In this document: piece by piece, positions 50,446 to 60,788 of the stretch
Layout of the letters: each line of letters begins with the position of its first letter
Position numbering within the stretch: position 1 is the first letter of the stretch
DNA from: Clostridia bacterium
GTDB lineage: Bacteria > Bacillota > Clostridia > RGIG6154
Length of the DNA: 64,000 bases
Direction: 5' to 3'
Assembly: GCA_017409875.1 (NCBI GenBank)
Contig: JAFQRW010000022.1
Coordinates: forward strand, 8,673 to 72,672
Notes under the pieces: generated by a model
Databases searched by the model: none
Seen by the model: the letters and a program-made list of their open reading frames with translations, nothing else
What the model was told of the DNA's origin: nothing
Program-made: the position numbers and the translations under genes

Positions 50446-52056
50446 TTATTTTGATTTCCTTGCGTATTTATCACACAAGTCATTTATCTGATCTGTAAAT
50501 TTAGCTAATTCCTTATTTGTCAGGTTACGACTAAGCTCTGCAACAGTTTTGAGTCTCTGGCAAGCTGCCATAAGCCTGTCAAATACAAGATTTGCTCTCC
50601 GCCTGCCTTCTGATACCTTAGTCAGTTTTACAATTCTACCTCTTGCGGTACATTCGCCTGTTGTAAGATCATATTCATCACCGCTGTATGGTGCTGTTGC
50701 TTTGAATTTAAGCTTGTTATATATCGTCTGTGAAAATGCATCACAAACCAAGTCATCGCCGTGATTTACAAACACCTTCTTTGGTGGCTTTTCCATACTT
50801 CCAAGCCATCCGAGAAGCATATCCTTATCTGCATGACCGCTTATACCGACTATGGATTCAATTCTTGCATTAACCTGAATGTCTTCTCCAAATAACGAAA
50901 CGTGCTTTGCTCCGTTTATAAGCTTTCTTCCGAATGTACCTTCTGCCTGATAACCTACAAAAAGTATGGTACTGTTTTCTCTCCACAGGTTATGCTTCAA
51001 GTGATGTCTGATACGACCTGCTTCACACATACCGGATGCAGATATGATTACCTTTGGTATTAAATCGAAGTTTATAGCTTTTGATTCTTCAGGGGTAACA
51101 CTCAATCTTAATCCGGGGAATGAAATAGGATTGATGCCCTGTTTTACAAGAGCAAGTGTTTCTTCGTCGTAATATCCCATCAGATTATCCTGATATATCT
51201 TTGTGGCTTCAACTGCAAGAGGTGAATCCACATACACTATAAAATTTTCATGACCTTTTATAAGTCCCTGCTCTTTAATTGTTCTAAATAGGTATAATAG
51301 CTCCTGTGTTCTTCCAATTGCAAAGGATGGTATAACAAGATTTCCTTCTTTTGAAAAGGTTTCTTGCATTATTTTTGTAAGCTGCGCAATGTAGTCCGGT
51401 CTTTCTCCATGAACCCTGTCACCATAGGTCGATTCAATTACTACATAATCAGCATACGGTGGATTTTGAGGATTTCTGATAAGAGGTCTGTCTATGTTTC
51501 CTAAGTCTCCTGAAAAAAGAACAGTTCTTTCCTCGCCATTTTCCTTTACTGTAATGTGGATGCTTGATGATCCAAGTAAATGCCCTGCATCGCAGAAATT
51601 TATCGTTATACCTTCAAATATTTCAATCGGTTTGTTGTATCCGTGTCCTTCAAATAATTTCAGGGACTCCAACGCATCTTCAACAGTATACACAGGCACA
51701 TACTGCTGATAGCCTGAACGCTCTGCTTTTCTATTCTGCCATTCCGCTTCCTGTTCCTGAATGTGAGCAGAATCCTGTAACATTATATTACAAAGTCTAT
51801 GTGTTGCTTCCGTGCAGTATACGGGACCTGAGTAACCTTTTGCAACCATTGCCGGAATCATTCCTGAATGGTCTATATGTGCATGAGTAAGGCATATCGC
51901 ATCTATTTTTGACGGAGCAATAGGTAACTCACAGTTTTCATATGTATCTCCGCCTTGCTCCATACCACAGTCAATAAGTATATGCTTTCCGCAAGCTTCA
52001 AGCAATGTGCAAGAGCCTGTAACCTCATGAGCTGCTCCTATAAATACTAATTTCAT
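50446..52056 (-). CDS. MBL-fold beta-CASP hydrolase (RNase J-like)
   Basis: HAHIDHSG; the ORF track shows a GTG start two codons upstream, ATG MKLVF is preferred. Confidence 0.75.
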   Translation of the reverse strand: MKLVFIGAAHEVTGSCTLLEACGKHILIDCGMEQGGDTYENCELPIAPSKIDAICLTHAHIDHSGMIPAMVAKGYSGPVYCTEATHRLCNIMLQDSAHIQEQEAEWQNRKAERSGYQQYVPVYTVEDALESLKLFEGHGYNKPIEIFEGITINFCDAGHLLGSSSIHITVKENGEERTVLFSGDLGNIDRPLIRNPQNPPYADYVVIESTYGDRVHGERPDYIAQLTKIMQETFSKEGNLVIPSFAIGRTQELLYLFRTIKEQGLIKGHENFIVYVDSPLAVEATKIYQDNLMGYYDEETLALVKQGINPISFPGLRLSVTPEESKAINFDLIPKVIISASGMCEAGRIRHHLKHNLWRENSTILFVGYQAEGTFGRKLINGAKHVSLFGEDIQVNARIESIVGISGHADKDMLLGWLGSMEKPPKKVFVNHGDDLVCDAFSQTIYNKLKFKATAPYSGDEYDLTTGECTARGRIVKLTKVSEGRRRANLVFDRLMAACQRLKTVAELSRNLTNKELAKFTDQINDLCDKYARKSK

Positions 52057-52423
52057 ATTCACTTACTCCTTTCTTAATATACTTATTAATTTTATCTCCT
52101 TGAATCCGTTTTGAAAATACTTGAAACACTCTCTTTATTACTCGTGTCAAGTCATGAGAAAAATTTTTTGTTTATACCAAAGGCTTCACCTTGAGGATAG
52201 TCTCGCCGTAGGCGGTGGTGAGGTGCAGATTGCGTAGCAATCGTTATGTTTCCACCTCATCTGAGTTGCTTCTAAACCCACCAGGCTTAAGGAGTTTTAT
52301 TTTATAAACCTCAGTATGTGTAAATTATATACTAATCTGGAAAAATATACAAGTCCAATTAATTTTTTTGTAACACGGCATCTGTTTTAACATATTATGA
52401 TATTGAAAAGGAGGGAGCTAAAT

Positions 52424-52552
52424 GTCATTATTCGGTGGTTTTGACCAGGATACAATTTTATGGTTTATCATTCTTTTCTTATTGCTTTTCTGGTGTGGAA
52501 AAGGATGCGACAACGACTGCTCACGCGGTTGCTAATTAAATTTGGGAGGTAA
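52424..52552 (+). CDS. Small hydrophobic peptide, YjcZ-like N-terminus, apparently frameshifted
   Basis: AAAGGAGGG RBS. As read, the frame gives MSLFGGFDQDTILWFIILFLLLFWCG then RMRQRLL.... The +1 frame continues GCDNDCSRGC* instead. Confidence 0.35.
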
Positions 52553-52555
52553 AAA

Positions 52556-52699
52556 ATGTCTGATTTATCATGCTGCAACGGTTACAACAATAACGGAGTT
52601 GACTCTTGGGTTTGGATTATCATTGCGATAATTGTGATTATCTGGCTCTGCGGAGGCAATAATAACAACTCAAACATATTTGGCAACAGCTGTTGCTAA
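52556..52699 (+). CDS. YjcZ-like small sporulation-type peptide (47 aa)
   Basis: GGGAGG RBS; MSDLSCCNGYNNNGVDSWVWIIIAIIVIIWLCGGNNNNSNIFGNSCC. Confidence 0.5.
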   Translation: MSDLSCCNGYNNNGVDSWVWIIIAIIVIIWLCGGNNNNSNIFGNSCC

Positions 52700-52712
52700 T
52701 AACATCTTTTTT

Positions 52713-52746
52713 CTCGGGGCAAAGAAATCTTTGCCCCGTTTTTATT
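52713..52746 (+). terminator. Intrinsic terminator
   Basis: GGGGCAAAGAAATCTTTGCCCC followed by T5. Confidence 0.75.
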
Positions 52747-52885
52747 GTTATAATTGTACAAAATAAAACATTTTTTTGTGCAAAATGACGAAAAAAATAT
52801 AAAATATATTAAAGGAATGTTATAAAGGTATATAGAAATTAAAAGTTATATTGCACAAGAGTGTAATTATAAAAAAACAAAGGAG

Positions 52886-54970
52886 ATGATTTTTTTGAAA
52901 GCGTACGACAAGCAAGATATCAGAAACGTATGCGTCTTAGGACATGGAGGTGTGGGTAAGACTTCTTTAACAGAGGCAATGCTCTATTTAGGTCAGGGAA
53001 GCGACCGTTTAGGCAAAGTAGCAGATGGGAACACTTCATCTGACTATGATGTTGAGGAAGTCAAGAGAAAAATATCAATTTATACCACAGTTCAGCCTTT
53101 GGAGTGGAAAAACAAAAAAATCAATATTTTAGACACCCCGGGATTCTTTGATTTTGAAGGTGAAGTTTTAGAGGCAGCAAGAGTATCAGATGCTGCAATT
53201 ATCGTTGCAACTGCAAAAACAGGTGTTCAAGTTGGTACAGAGCTTGCATGGAAAATTGCAAACAAGAGAGATATTCCCAAGATTATATTTATCAGTAAAA
53301 TGGAAGAAGAACATGCTGATTACAATAAAGTTTTAGATGGACTTAAAAATTCCTTTGGAAGAACCATAGCACCTTTTTACGTTCCTATGTTTGACGGTGA
53401 AAAATTCTGCGGCTATGTTAACGTTATAAAAATGGAAGCAAGAAAATTTGAAGGCGACAAGATTATTGACATCCCTGTTCCTGAAAATCTTCTTGAAACT
53501 GTTGCTCCTGCAAGACAGATGATTATTGAAGCTGTTGCAGAAACAAGTGAAGAGCTTATGAATAAATATTTCGATGGTGAAGAATTTACCAACGAAGAAA
53601 TCCAGAAGGCCATCAAACAAGGTCTTAAAGAAAACACAATAACTCCTGTACTTTGCGGCTCTGCATTTACTGCAGCAAGTATCAGAAAGCTTTTAGACGC
53701 AATTATTGAATATTTTCCATCCCCTGATGAGGCTGAGGTTGAATATGCCGCAACGGTTGACACAAGAGATGCTATTGAAGTTCCCTGCGATGAAAATGCC
53801 CCCCTTTCTGCAATTGTATTTAAAACAATTGCGGACCCGTTTGTTGGCAAGCTTTCGTTTGTTAAGGTTTGCTCAGGTGTGTTAAAAGCTGACTCAACAG
53901 TATTCAACCCCGACAGACAGATTGCTGAAAAAATTGGTAAGATTTATTATATGCGTGGTAAAAAGCAAATTGAAACAAGTGCCATTACTGCAGGTGATAT
54001 CGGGGCTATTCCAAAGCTCACCCAAACAAAAACAGGTGATACTTTATGTTCACAGTCATATCAGGTTCTTTTAGATAAAATTGACTTCCCTGTTCCTCAG
54101 CTTACACTTGCAATTCTTCCTAAAGAAAAAGGCGACGAAGAAAAAATCAGCCAAGGCTTATCAAAGCTCAAAGAAGAAGATATGACCTTAAAAGTTACTA
54201 CAAATAAAGAAACCAAACAGACTTTAATCAGCGGTATGGGTGACTCACATCTTGACATTATTGTGAATAAACTTAAAGATAAGTTCAAGGTTGCGGTTGA
54301 CCTTAAAGAACCCAAAGTTGCATACCGTGAGGCTATTAAAAAGCGTGTCGAAGTAGAAGGCAAACACAAAAAACAATCAGGCGGACACGGTCAGTATGGT
54401 CACGTTAAAATTGCTTTTGAACCTTGCGAAAGTTCAGAACTCATTTTTGAAGAAAAAATCTTTGGCGGAAGCGTTCCTAAAAACTACTTCCCTGCTGTTG
54501 AAAAAGGTCTTATTGAATCCTGTGCACACGGTGTTATAGCAGGTTGCCCTGTTGTTAACTTAAAGGCAACACTGTTAGATGGTTCGTACCATCCGGTTGA
54601 CTCATCTGAAATGGCATTTAAATTGGCTGCAAATCTTGCATTCAAAAACGGTCTTGCTCAGGCAAACCCGGTATTACTTGAGCCCGTGAACAAAATCGAG
54701 GTTTATATTCCATCTTCATATATGGGCGATGTTATCGGTGATATCAACAAACGTCGCGGCAGAGTCCTTGGTATGAATCCTCAGGGCGATGGAATCGAGC
54801 AGGTAGTTGCAGAAGTCCCTGCAGCAGAGCTTACGAATTATGCCATTGACCTCCGTTCAATGACACAGGCAAGAGGCAAATTCACTCAAGAATTTGTTCG
54901 CTATGAAGAAGCTCCTCCACAGGTTACTCAAAAAGTTACAGAAGAGTATAAAAAATCTTCTCAGGAATAA
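52886..54970 (+). CDS. EF-G paralogue (translational GTPase family) with deviant G motifs
   Basis: G1 GHGGVGKTS; G3 DTPGFFDF (His to Phe); G4 SKME; domains II-V present; the true start is probably TTG at 52898. Confidence 0.8.
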   Translation: MIFLKAYDKQDIRNVCVLGHGGVGKTSLTEAMLYLGQGSDRLGKVADGNTSSDYDVEEVKRKISIYTTVQPLEWKNKKINILDTPGFFDFEGEVLEAARVSDAAIIVATAKTGVQVGTELAWKIANKRDIPKIIFISKMEEEHADYNKVLDGLKNSFGRTIAPFYVPMFDGEKFCGYVNVIKMEARKFEGDKIIDIPVPENLLETVAPARQMIIEAVAETSEELMNKYFDGEEFTNEEIQKAIKQGLKENTITPVLCGSAFTAASIRKLLDAIIEYFPSPDEAEVEYAATVDTRDAIEVPCDENAPLSAIVFKTIADPFVGKLSFVKVCSGVLKADSTVFNPDRQIAEKIGKIYYMRGKKQIETSAITAGDIGAIPKLTQTKTGDTLCSQSYQVLLDKIDFPVPQLTLAILPKEKGDEEKISQGLSKLKEEDMTLKVTTNKETKQTLISGMGDSHLDIIVNKLKDKFKVAVDLKEPKVAYREAIKKRVEVEGKHKKQSGGHGQYGHVKIAFEPCESSELIFEEKIFGGSVPKNYFPAVEKGLIESCAHGVIAGCPVVNLKATLLDGSYHPVDSSEMAFKLAANLAFKNGLAQANPVLLEPVNKIEVYIPSSYMGDVIGDINKRRGRVLGMNPQGDGIEQVVAEVPAAELTNYAIDLRSMTQARGKFTQEFVRYEEAPPQVTQKVTEEYKKSSQE

Positions 54971-55039
54971 TACATAAAAGCATTTGGCAAAACTCCCCGA
55001 TTACATAATCGGGGAGTTTCAAATTTATGCAGTAAATAT

Positions 55040-55837
55040 TTAAATTGAGTCAAGATTTTTAAATGTATATCCCATTTCTTCCCATTTTGTTAAAAGCTCA
55101 TCTAAAATTTCGGCGTTTGTTTTGGAGGTTGAATGAAGTAGAACTATCGCACCAGGGTGAATCCTTGTTAGTAGCTTTGAAAATGCTTCTTCTTTGGTTG
55201 GCTGCTTATTTTCGTACCAGTCTACATAAGCAAGCGACCAGAAAAACGTTTTATACCCCATTGAATTTGCAAGCTTTAAATTTTCTTCATTAAATTTTCC
55301 CTGTGGAGGACGATACACTTTTAAAAGCTCTTTTCCCGTTACTGCCTTATAATCATTTTCAAGTGCAGCAATTTCTTTGGCAAACTCTTCTGCCGTAGCT
55401 ATCTTTGACATGTCGGGATGGTTTTTTGTGTGGTTTCCTACAATATGACCTTCATCTACCATTCTTTTTACTAAATCGGGATTCTTTTCGATAAAATTTC
55501 CAACCAGAAAAAATGTTGATTTCACATTATGCTTCTTAAGTGCGTCTAAAATCGGAGTTGTATTTCCGTTGTCATATCCTGCATCAAAGGTTAAATATAT
55601 AACCTTTTCATCTGTTGGCACGCAGTAATACGCATTATGTTCTTTTAAAAACTCAGCTGTTGCATTGCCTTCAGGCTGAGCCCCATTTTCGCGGTAAGAA
55701 AGTCCCCAATCATTTTTTGATGTTGTTAAAATATTAGAATTCAAATCAGGATTAAATGCGGTAAAGCACGCAACTAAGGCAAAGGAAAGTGCAAACGCCG
55801 TAATTTTTAATTGTTTTTTAGTAAATACAAATATCAT
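55040..55837 (-). CDS. Polysaccharide deacetylase (PdaA-like)
   Basis: NodB TFDAGYDNG; HTKNHPDM. Confidence 0.8.
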   Translation of the reverse strand: MIFVFTKKQLKITAFALSFALVACFTAFNPDLNSNILTTSKNDWGLSYRENGAQPEGNATAEFLKEHNAYYCVPTDEKVIYLTFDAGYDNGNTTPILDALKKHNVKSTFFLVGNFIEKNPDLVKRMVDEGHIVGNHTKNHPDMSKIATAEEFAKEIAALENDYKAVTGKELLKVYRPPQGKFNEENLKLANSMGYKTFFWSLAYVDWYENKQPTKEEAFSKLLTRIHPGAIVLLHSTSKTNAEILDELLTKWEEMGYTFKNLDSI

Positions 55838-55937
55838 AGTTCCACCCCTGACAGTAATATATAAAAATAATATGATATAATTGAAAATTTTATGAGTGTG
55901 TGGTATACTAAAGTATATTATTATGCTGAGGTGAAAA

Positions 55938-57830
55938 ATGGTTCTTTTAAATACATCAAAAATTTCAAAAAGCTACGGTGAAACCGTTATCCTTAACGAT
56001 ATTTCGTTCAATGTTTCAGACAACGATAAAATCGGAATACTTGGTGTTAACGGTGCCGGCAAATCTACCCTTTTTAAAATTTTAACAGAAGAAATTTCAC
56101 CTGACAGTGGCGAAATTTACAAAGCAAAGCAATTAAAGATTGCTTGTATGCAGCAGCATATGGAAGCGTTTTCAGAAAACACTGCATACAATGAAGTCTT
56201 ATCTGTTTTTGATAATTTAGTACAGGCAGAAAAACAAATAGAGCTGCTTCAAAAAGAGCTTGAAACAAGTTCAAATGAACAACTCATTAACAGATTTCAC
56301 ACTATAAATCAAAAATTTATAGACGATGGCGGGCTTACTTACAAATCCAGAATAAATTCCACTCTGACAGGACTTGGAATTACAGACGAACAAAAGAGCA
56401 TGCCTCTTTCAAAGCTGAGCGGTGGTCAGCGCACAAGAGTTATGCTTGCAAAAATACTTCTGGAAAATGCGGACATTTTACTTTTAGACGAGCCTACCAA
56501 CCATCTGGACATAGAAGCTGTTACCTGGCTTGAAGATTTTTTAAGCTCATATAAAGGCTCAATAATGGTTGTAACTCACGACAGATATTTTTTAGACAAA
56601 GTTACAAACAAGATTTTTGAGATAGAAAATCACAAGTTAAAAGAGTATAACGGAAACTACAGCCATTACCTTACTAAAAAGCAGGCTGACAGAGAAGCAG
56701 AGGAAAAAGATTACTCTTTAAAAGAAAAGGAAATTAGAAGGTTAGAAGGCATTATAAAGCAACAAAAGCAGTGGAACAGAGAAAAAAGTATTAAAACTGC
56801 TGAAAGCAAACAAAAGGTAATAGAAAGAATAGAAAAAACAATGATAAAGCCTGACAAAACATTAGATTCTGTTTCATTCAGGCTCCCTGCCGCTGAAGAA
56901 TGTGCTAAAGATGTTCTTTCTTGCATCAATCTTTCTAAATCCTTTGACAAACCGGTTTTTTCTGATATAAATATCGAAATAAAAAATGGTGAAAAAGTAT
57001 TTTTAATGGGTGCTAACGGCAGCGGTAAAACCACATTGTTTAAGATAATCTTAGGTTTAATGCGCCAAAACAGTGGAAAAATAGTATTAGGTTCAAGGGT
57101 AAAACCTGCTTATTATGACCAGATGCAGTCAGACCTTGACCCAACAAAAACTATTTTTGACGATGTACACGATTTTTTACCCAAGCTTGATAACACAACA
57201 ATTCGCTCAGCTTTGGCATTGTTTTTATTTAGAGGTGAAGATGTTTTTAAAGAAATTTCCACTTTAAGCGGCGGTGAACGTGCAAGAGTTTCTTTGGTTA
57301 AGCTTATGCTTTCAAAGGCAAACTTTTTGCTCCTGGATGAGCCGACCAATCACTTGGACATTGCCTCAAAAGAGGCTTTAGAAAGTGCACTAAAAGATTA
57401 TAGCGGAACACTTCTTATAATATCTCATGACAGATATTTTATAAACAAGCTTGCGGATAAAATTTACGAGCTTACTCCAAACGGTGAAAAACTATACGAC
57501 GGTGGTTATGATTACTATGTATTAAAGCACCAGAGTGCGCCTGTTCAATCAGCAATACAAAAACCAAAAACAAATGATTATAAGATTTTAAAAGAGTTAG
57601 AATCACAAAAAAGGAAGCTAAAAACCAAAATTTCAAAACTTGAAGATGCCATAGCAGAGTTAGAAAATGAAATAAGTATATTAAATGAAGAACTGCTAAG
57701 CCCTCAGCTTGCAAGCGACTATGAAACATTAACACAAAAAACCAACCTTTTAAATCAAAAGCAGCTTGAATTGCAAGACAAAATAGATGATTGGGAAATT
57801 TCACTGCAAAACCTTGAAGAATTTGAATAA
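55938..57830 (+). CDS. ABC-F family ATPase
   Basis: Two NBDs; C-terminal coiled coil. Confidence 0.85.
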   Translation: MVLLNTSKISKSYGETVILNDISFNVSDNDKIGILGVNGAGKSTLFKILTEEISPDSGEIYKAKQLKIACMQQHMEAFSENTAYNEVLSVFDNLVQAEKQIELLQKELETSSNEQLINRFHTINQKFIDDGGLTYKSRINSTLTGLGITDEQKSMPLSKLSGGQRTRVMLAKILLENADILLLDEPTNHLDIEAVTWLEDFLSSYKGSIMVVTHDRYFLDKVTNKIFEIENHKLKEYNGNYSHYLTKKQADREAEEKDYSLKEKEIRRLEGIIKQQKQWNREKSIKTAESKQKVIERIEKTMIKPDKTLDSVSFRLPAAEECAKDVLSCINLSKSFDKPVFSDINIEIKNGEKVFLMGANGSGKTTLFKIILGLMRQNSGKIVLGSRVKPAYYDQMQSDLDPTKTIFDDVHDFLPKLDNTTIRSALALFLFRGEDVFKEISTLSGGERARVSLVKLMLSKANFLLLDEPTNHLDIASKEALESALKDYSGTLLIISHDRYFINKLADKIYELTPNGEKLYDGGYDYYVLKHQSAPVQSAIQKPKTNDYKILKELESQKRKLKTKISKLEDAIAELENEISILNEELLSPQLASDYETLTQKTNLLNQKQLELQDKIDDWEISLQNLEEFE

Positions 57831-57895
57831 AACTATTGCACAAATTATACTTTTATGGTAAAATTAACATATAATAGATTAAAAGAGGTGTAAAA

Positions 57896-58759
57896 ATGAC
57901 TTCGTTAAACGACCTTTTATATGTTATATTAAAAGATTCGGCAATCAAGATTTATATTCAGGACTTGTCCGGCATTTTTTCAAATCCCCTTTGCGAGGTG
58001 GACTTGAAAAACAAATCATATTCGTCTCCTATGTATGATTTTTTTGGAAAGAACAACAAATGTCTCTCTTGCAGAGAACAATCTTTAAACAGTGCTTTAA
58101 ATTCTTCTGCTCCTTTTATCAGAAAGTGTCCGTGCGGTATGAGCGAAGCAGTTTGTCCTGTAATCCTTGACGGAAAAATTAAATGCATTTTGTATGCTGA
58201 AAATATTTCAGACCAGTCACAAGAAAGCACTGATGCTCTTAATAGTTTTTGCGAAGAAGCTTATGACTTTTCTTCTGCAAAAGTTATTCTTGATAATTGC
58301 TCGCCTCAAAGCGATGTTTTAAAGATTTTAGAAGTTATTTCAAGCTATATCATTCTTTTGTTGAACAATTTCAGCTTTGCTGAAACTAAATCTGAAGAAT
58401 ATGGCACTCATTGGGTTGTTGAAAATCTTAAAAAACATATCGAAAACGAGTATTTTAAAGATATCAACCTAAAGCAGATGGCAAGCCTTTATGATTTCAA
58501 TGAAAAGTATCTTGGAAGAATTTTCAAAGCAGAAACAGGTGTGACTTTTCACGAATACTTAAATTCTGTTCGGCTCGAAGCCGCATCTTTACTCCTTACA
58601 GATTCTGAAGAATCCGTTGTTAAAATTTCAAAAAAATGCGGTTTTAATAATGTTACATATTTTAACAGAATTTTTTTTAAGCGTTTTGAAAAAACTCCGC
58701 TGGAATACAGAAATTCCAAGTCAAACCGCTTCTGGGATAAGCATTCATATTTATTGTAA
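57896..58759 (+). CDS. AraC-family transcriptional regulator
   Basis: C-terminal HTH_AraC. Confidence 0.8.
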   Translation: MTSLNDLLYVILKDSAIKIYIQDLSGIFSNPLCEVDLKNKSYSSPMYDFFGKNNKCLSCREQSLNSALNSSAPFIRKCPCGMSEAVCPVILDGKIKCILYAENISDQSQESTDALNSFCEEAYDFSSAKVILDNCSPQSDVLKILEVISSYIILLLNNFSFAETKSEEYGTHWVVENLKKHIENEYFKDINLKQMASLYDFNEKYLGRIFKAETGVTFHEYLNSVRLEAASLLLTDSEESVVKISKKCGFNNVTYFNRIFFKRFEKTPLEYRNSKSNRFWDKHSYLL

Positions 58760-58851
58760 TTTTCACCGAGGCAGTCGCCTCGGTTTTTACTTGCAAAAAA
58801 AACTTTTACATGCTATAATCTTAAAGACGTTATTTATAAGGATTTGATTTT

Positions 58852-59700
58852 TTGGCTTGGGTTTATTTAGTCACTTTATACAGTGTTATTAAAGGAATAC
58901 GTGAAATTTTAAAGAAAAAATCTTTGCAAATCAGTTCACTTGCCGAGGTTTTGTTTTTTCATACACTAATAGGATTAATTTTAGTTATTCCAACCTGTAC
59001 TACCGACGTTTTTAACATTACAATTAGTCAGTTTTTTGTAATGTTAATTAAGTCATCTGTTATATTTTTAGCATGGATACTGTCTTTCACCTCTATCAAA
59101 CACACGCCAATAAGCTTTTGCGGAATTATTGATATGAGCAGGATTGTCTTTTCCACCCTACTTGCAATTATTGTTTTGGGTGAAAAAATGACAGTTTTCA
59201 ACACAATAGGTTTTTTACTTGTAATACTAGGCGTATTTTTAGTCAACTTTAAAAAAGCATCAAAAACCGAAAGCATAAAGCCGGTATTTATTGTTTTGAT
59301 GCTCTTGTCATGTTTTTTGAACGCTGTTTCAGGACTTATTGACAAAATTGTTATGAAAGATATGACAAGCGCACAGGTGCAATTTTGGTATATGCTATTT
59401 TTAAGCATTATGTATTTTGTATTTCTGCTTGTAAAGCAAGGCAAGAATATTAACTATAAGGCGCTTGCCAAAAACCACTATGTTTGGATTTTAAGCGTTA
59501 TATTCGTCATTGCCGACCGTGCGCTTTTTATAGCAAATTCTTACCCTGAAAGCAAGGTTACCATTATGACTTTAATCAAGCAATCTTCTGTTTTTATAGT
59601 GGTTTTACTAGGCAAGTTTGTTTTTAAAGAAAAAAACATAGCATATAAAATGCTATGTGCAAGCATTATTATACTGGGTGTTTTAATTTCCCTGTTTTAA
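58852..59700 (+). CDS. DMT/EamA-family transporter
   Basis: 10 TM. Confidence 0.65.
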   Translation: MAWVYLVTLYSVIKGIREILKKKSLQISSLAEVLFFHTLIGLILVIPTCTTDVFNITISQFFVMLIKSSVIFLAWILSFTSIKHTPISFCGIIDMSRIVFSTLLAIIVLGEKMTVFNTIGFLLVILGVFLVNFKKASKTESIKPVFIVLMLLSCFLNAVSGLIDKIVMKDMTSAQVQFWYMLFLSIMYFVFLLVKQGKNINYKALAKNHYVWILSVIFVIADRALFIANSYPESKVTIMTLIKQSSVFIVVLLGKFVFKEKNIAYKMLCASIIILGVLISLF

Positions 59701-59712
59701 GGAGGAAATATT

Positions 59713-60741
59713 TTGAACAAAGTTATGATAGCTATGAGCGGTGGCGTTGACAGTTCTGCTGCTGCATATCTTGTAAAAAAGTCCTACGGCTGTGCATCAG
59801 GCGTTACTTTAAAGCTTACTGACCGTGAAACTTCCGATATTTCCGATGCAAAAAAAACAGCAGACAAAGCCGGCATTGATCATTATGTGTTAGATTTAAG
59901 GCAAGAGTTTAAAAAATATGTCATTGATGAATTTGTTAACGCTTATCAAAATGGTTTAACTCCAAACCCCTGCATTTTTTGCAACAAACATATTAAATTT
60001 GGTCTTTTACACGAAAGCGCAGTAAACCTTGGGTTTGATTTAATTGCTACAGGTCATTATTCTATAATTGAAAAACAAAATAACAGATTTTTATTAAAAA
60101 AAGCAACTGACATTACAAAAGACCAAAGCTATGTTTTGTATTCTCTTTCACAAGACCAGCTTTCACGCACACTGTTTCCTCTGGGGAATCTTACAAAAGC
60201 AGAAGTCAGGGAAATAGCACTTTCTTCGGGGTTTGTAAATGCCTCAAAAAAAGACAGTCAGGATATTTGCTTTGTGCCTGATGGCGACTATGCAAAATTT
60301 ATTGAAGAATATACAAAAAAAAGTTTTGACCACGGAAACTTTGTTGACAAGGACGGAAATATTTTAGGTGAGCACAAAGGCATTATAAATTACACTATTG
60401 GGCAAAGAAAAGGACTTGGGCTTTCGTTTGACAGTCCAAGATATGTTTGCTCAAAATGTGCAAAAACCAACACAGTAGTTTTAGGAAAAGAGCCTGACCT
60501 TTTATCAACATCTTTAGATTGCACCGACCTTAATTTAATAGCATGTGATAAATTAGACTCAACCATTAGAGTAAAAGCAAAAACAAGGTATAAACAACAA
60601 GAACAATGGGCACTTATTTCACAGACTTCTGAAACTACTGCGCATATTGAATTTGAAGAGCCACAAAGGGCAGTAACTGCCGGACAGTCGGTTGTATTTT
60701 ATGACGGTGACTATGTTGTAGGTGGCGGAATAATTAAATAA
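59713..60741 (+). CDS. mnmA: tRNA 2-thiouridine(34) synthase
   Basis: SGGVDSS PP-loop. Confidence 0.9.
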   Translation: MNKVMIAMSGGVDSSAAAYLVKKSYGCASGVTLKLTDRETSDISDAKKTADKAGIDHYVLDLRQEFKKYVIDEFVNAYQNGLTPNPCIFCNKHIKFGLLHESAVNLGFDLIATGHYSIIEKQNNRFLLKKATDITKDQSYVLYSLSQDQLSRTLFPLGNLTKAEVREIALSSGFVNASKKDSQDICFVPDGDYAKFIEEYTKKSFDHGNFVDKDGNILGEHKGIINYTIGQRKGLGLSFDSPRYVCSKCAKTNTVVLGKEPDLLSTSLDCTDLNLIACDKLDSTIRVKAKTRYKQQEQWALISQTSETTAHIEFEEPQRAVTAGQSVVFYDGDYVVGGGIIK

Positions 60742-60744
60742 ACA

Positions 60745-60780
60745 AAAATCGGTTATTTCCCGGGAAATAACCGATTTTTC
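60745..60780. terminator. Bidirectional terminator
   Basis: ATCGGTTATTTCCC/GGGAAATAACCGAT. Confidence 0.7.
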
Positions 60781-60788
60781 TTATCTTT

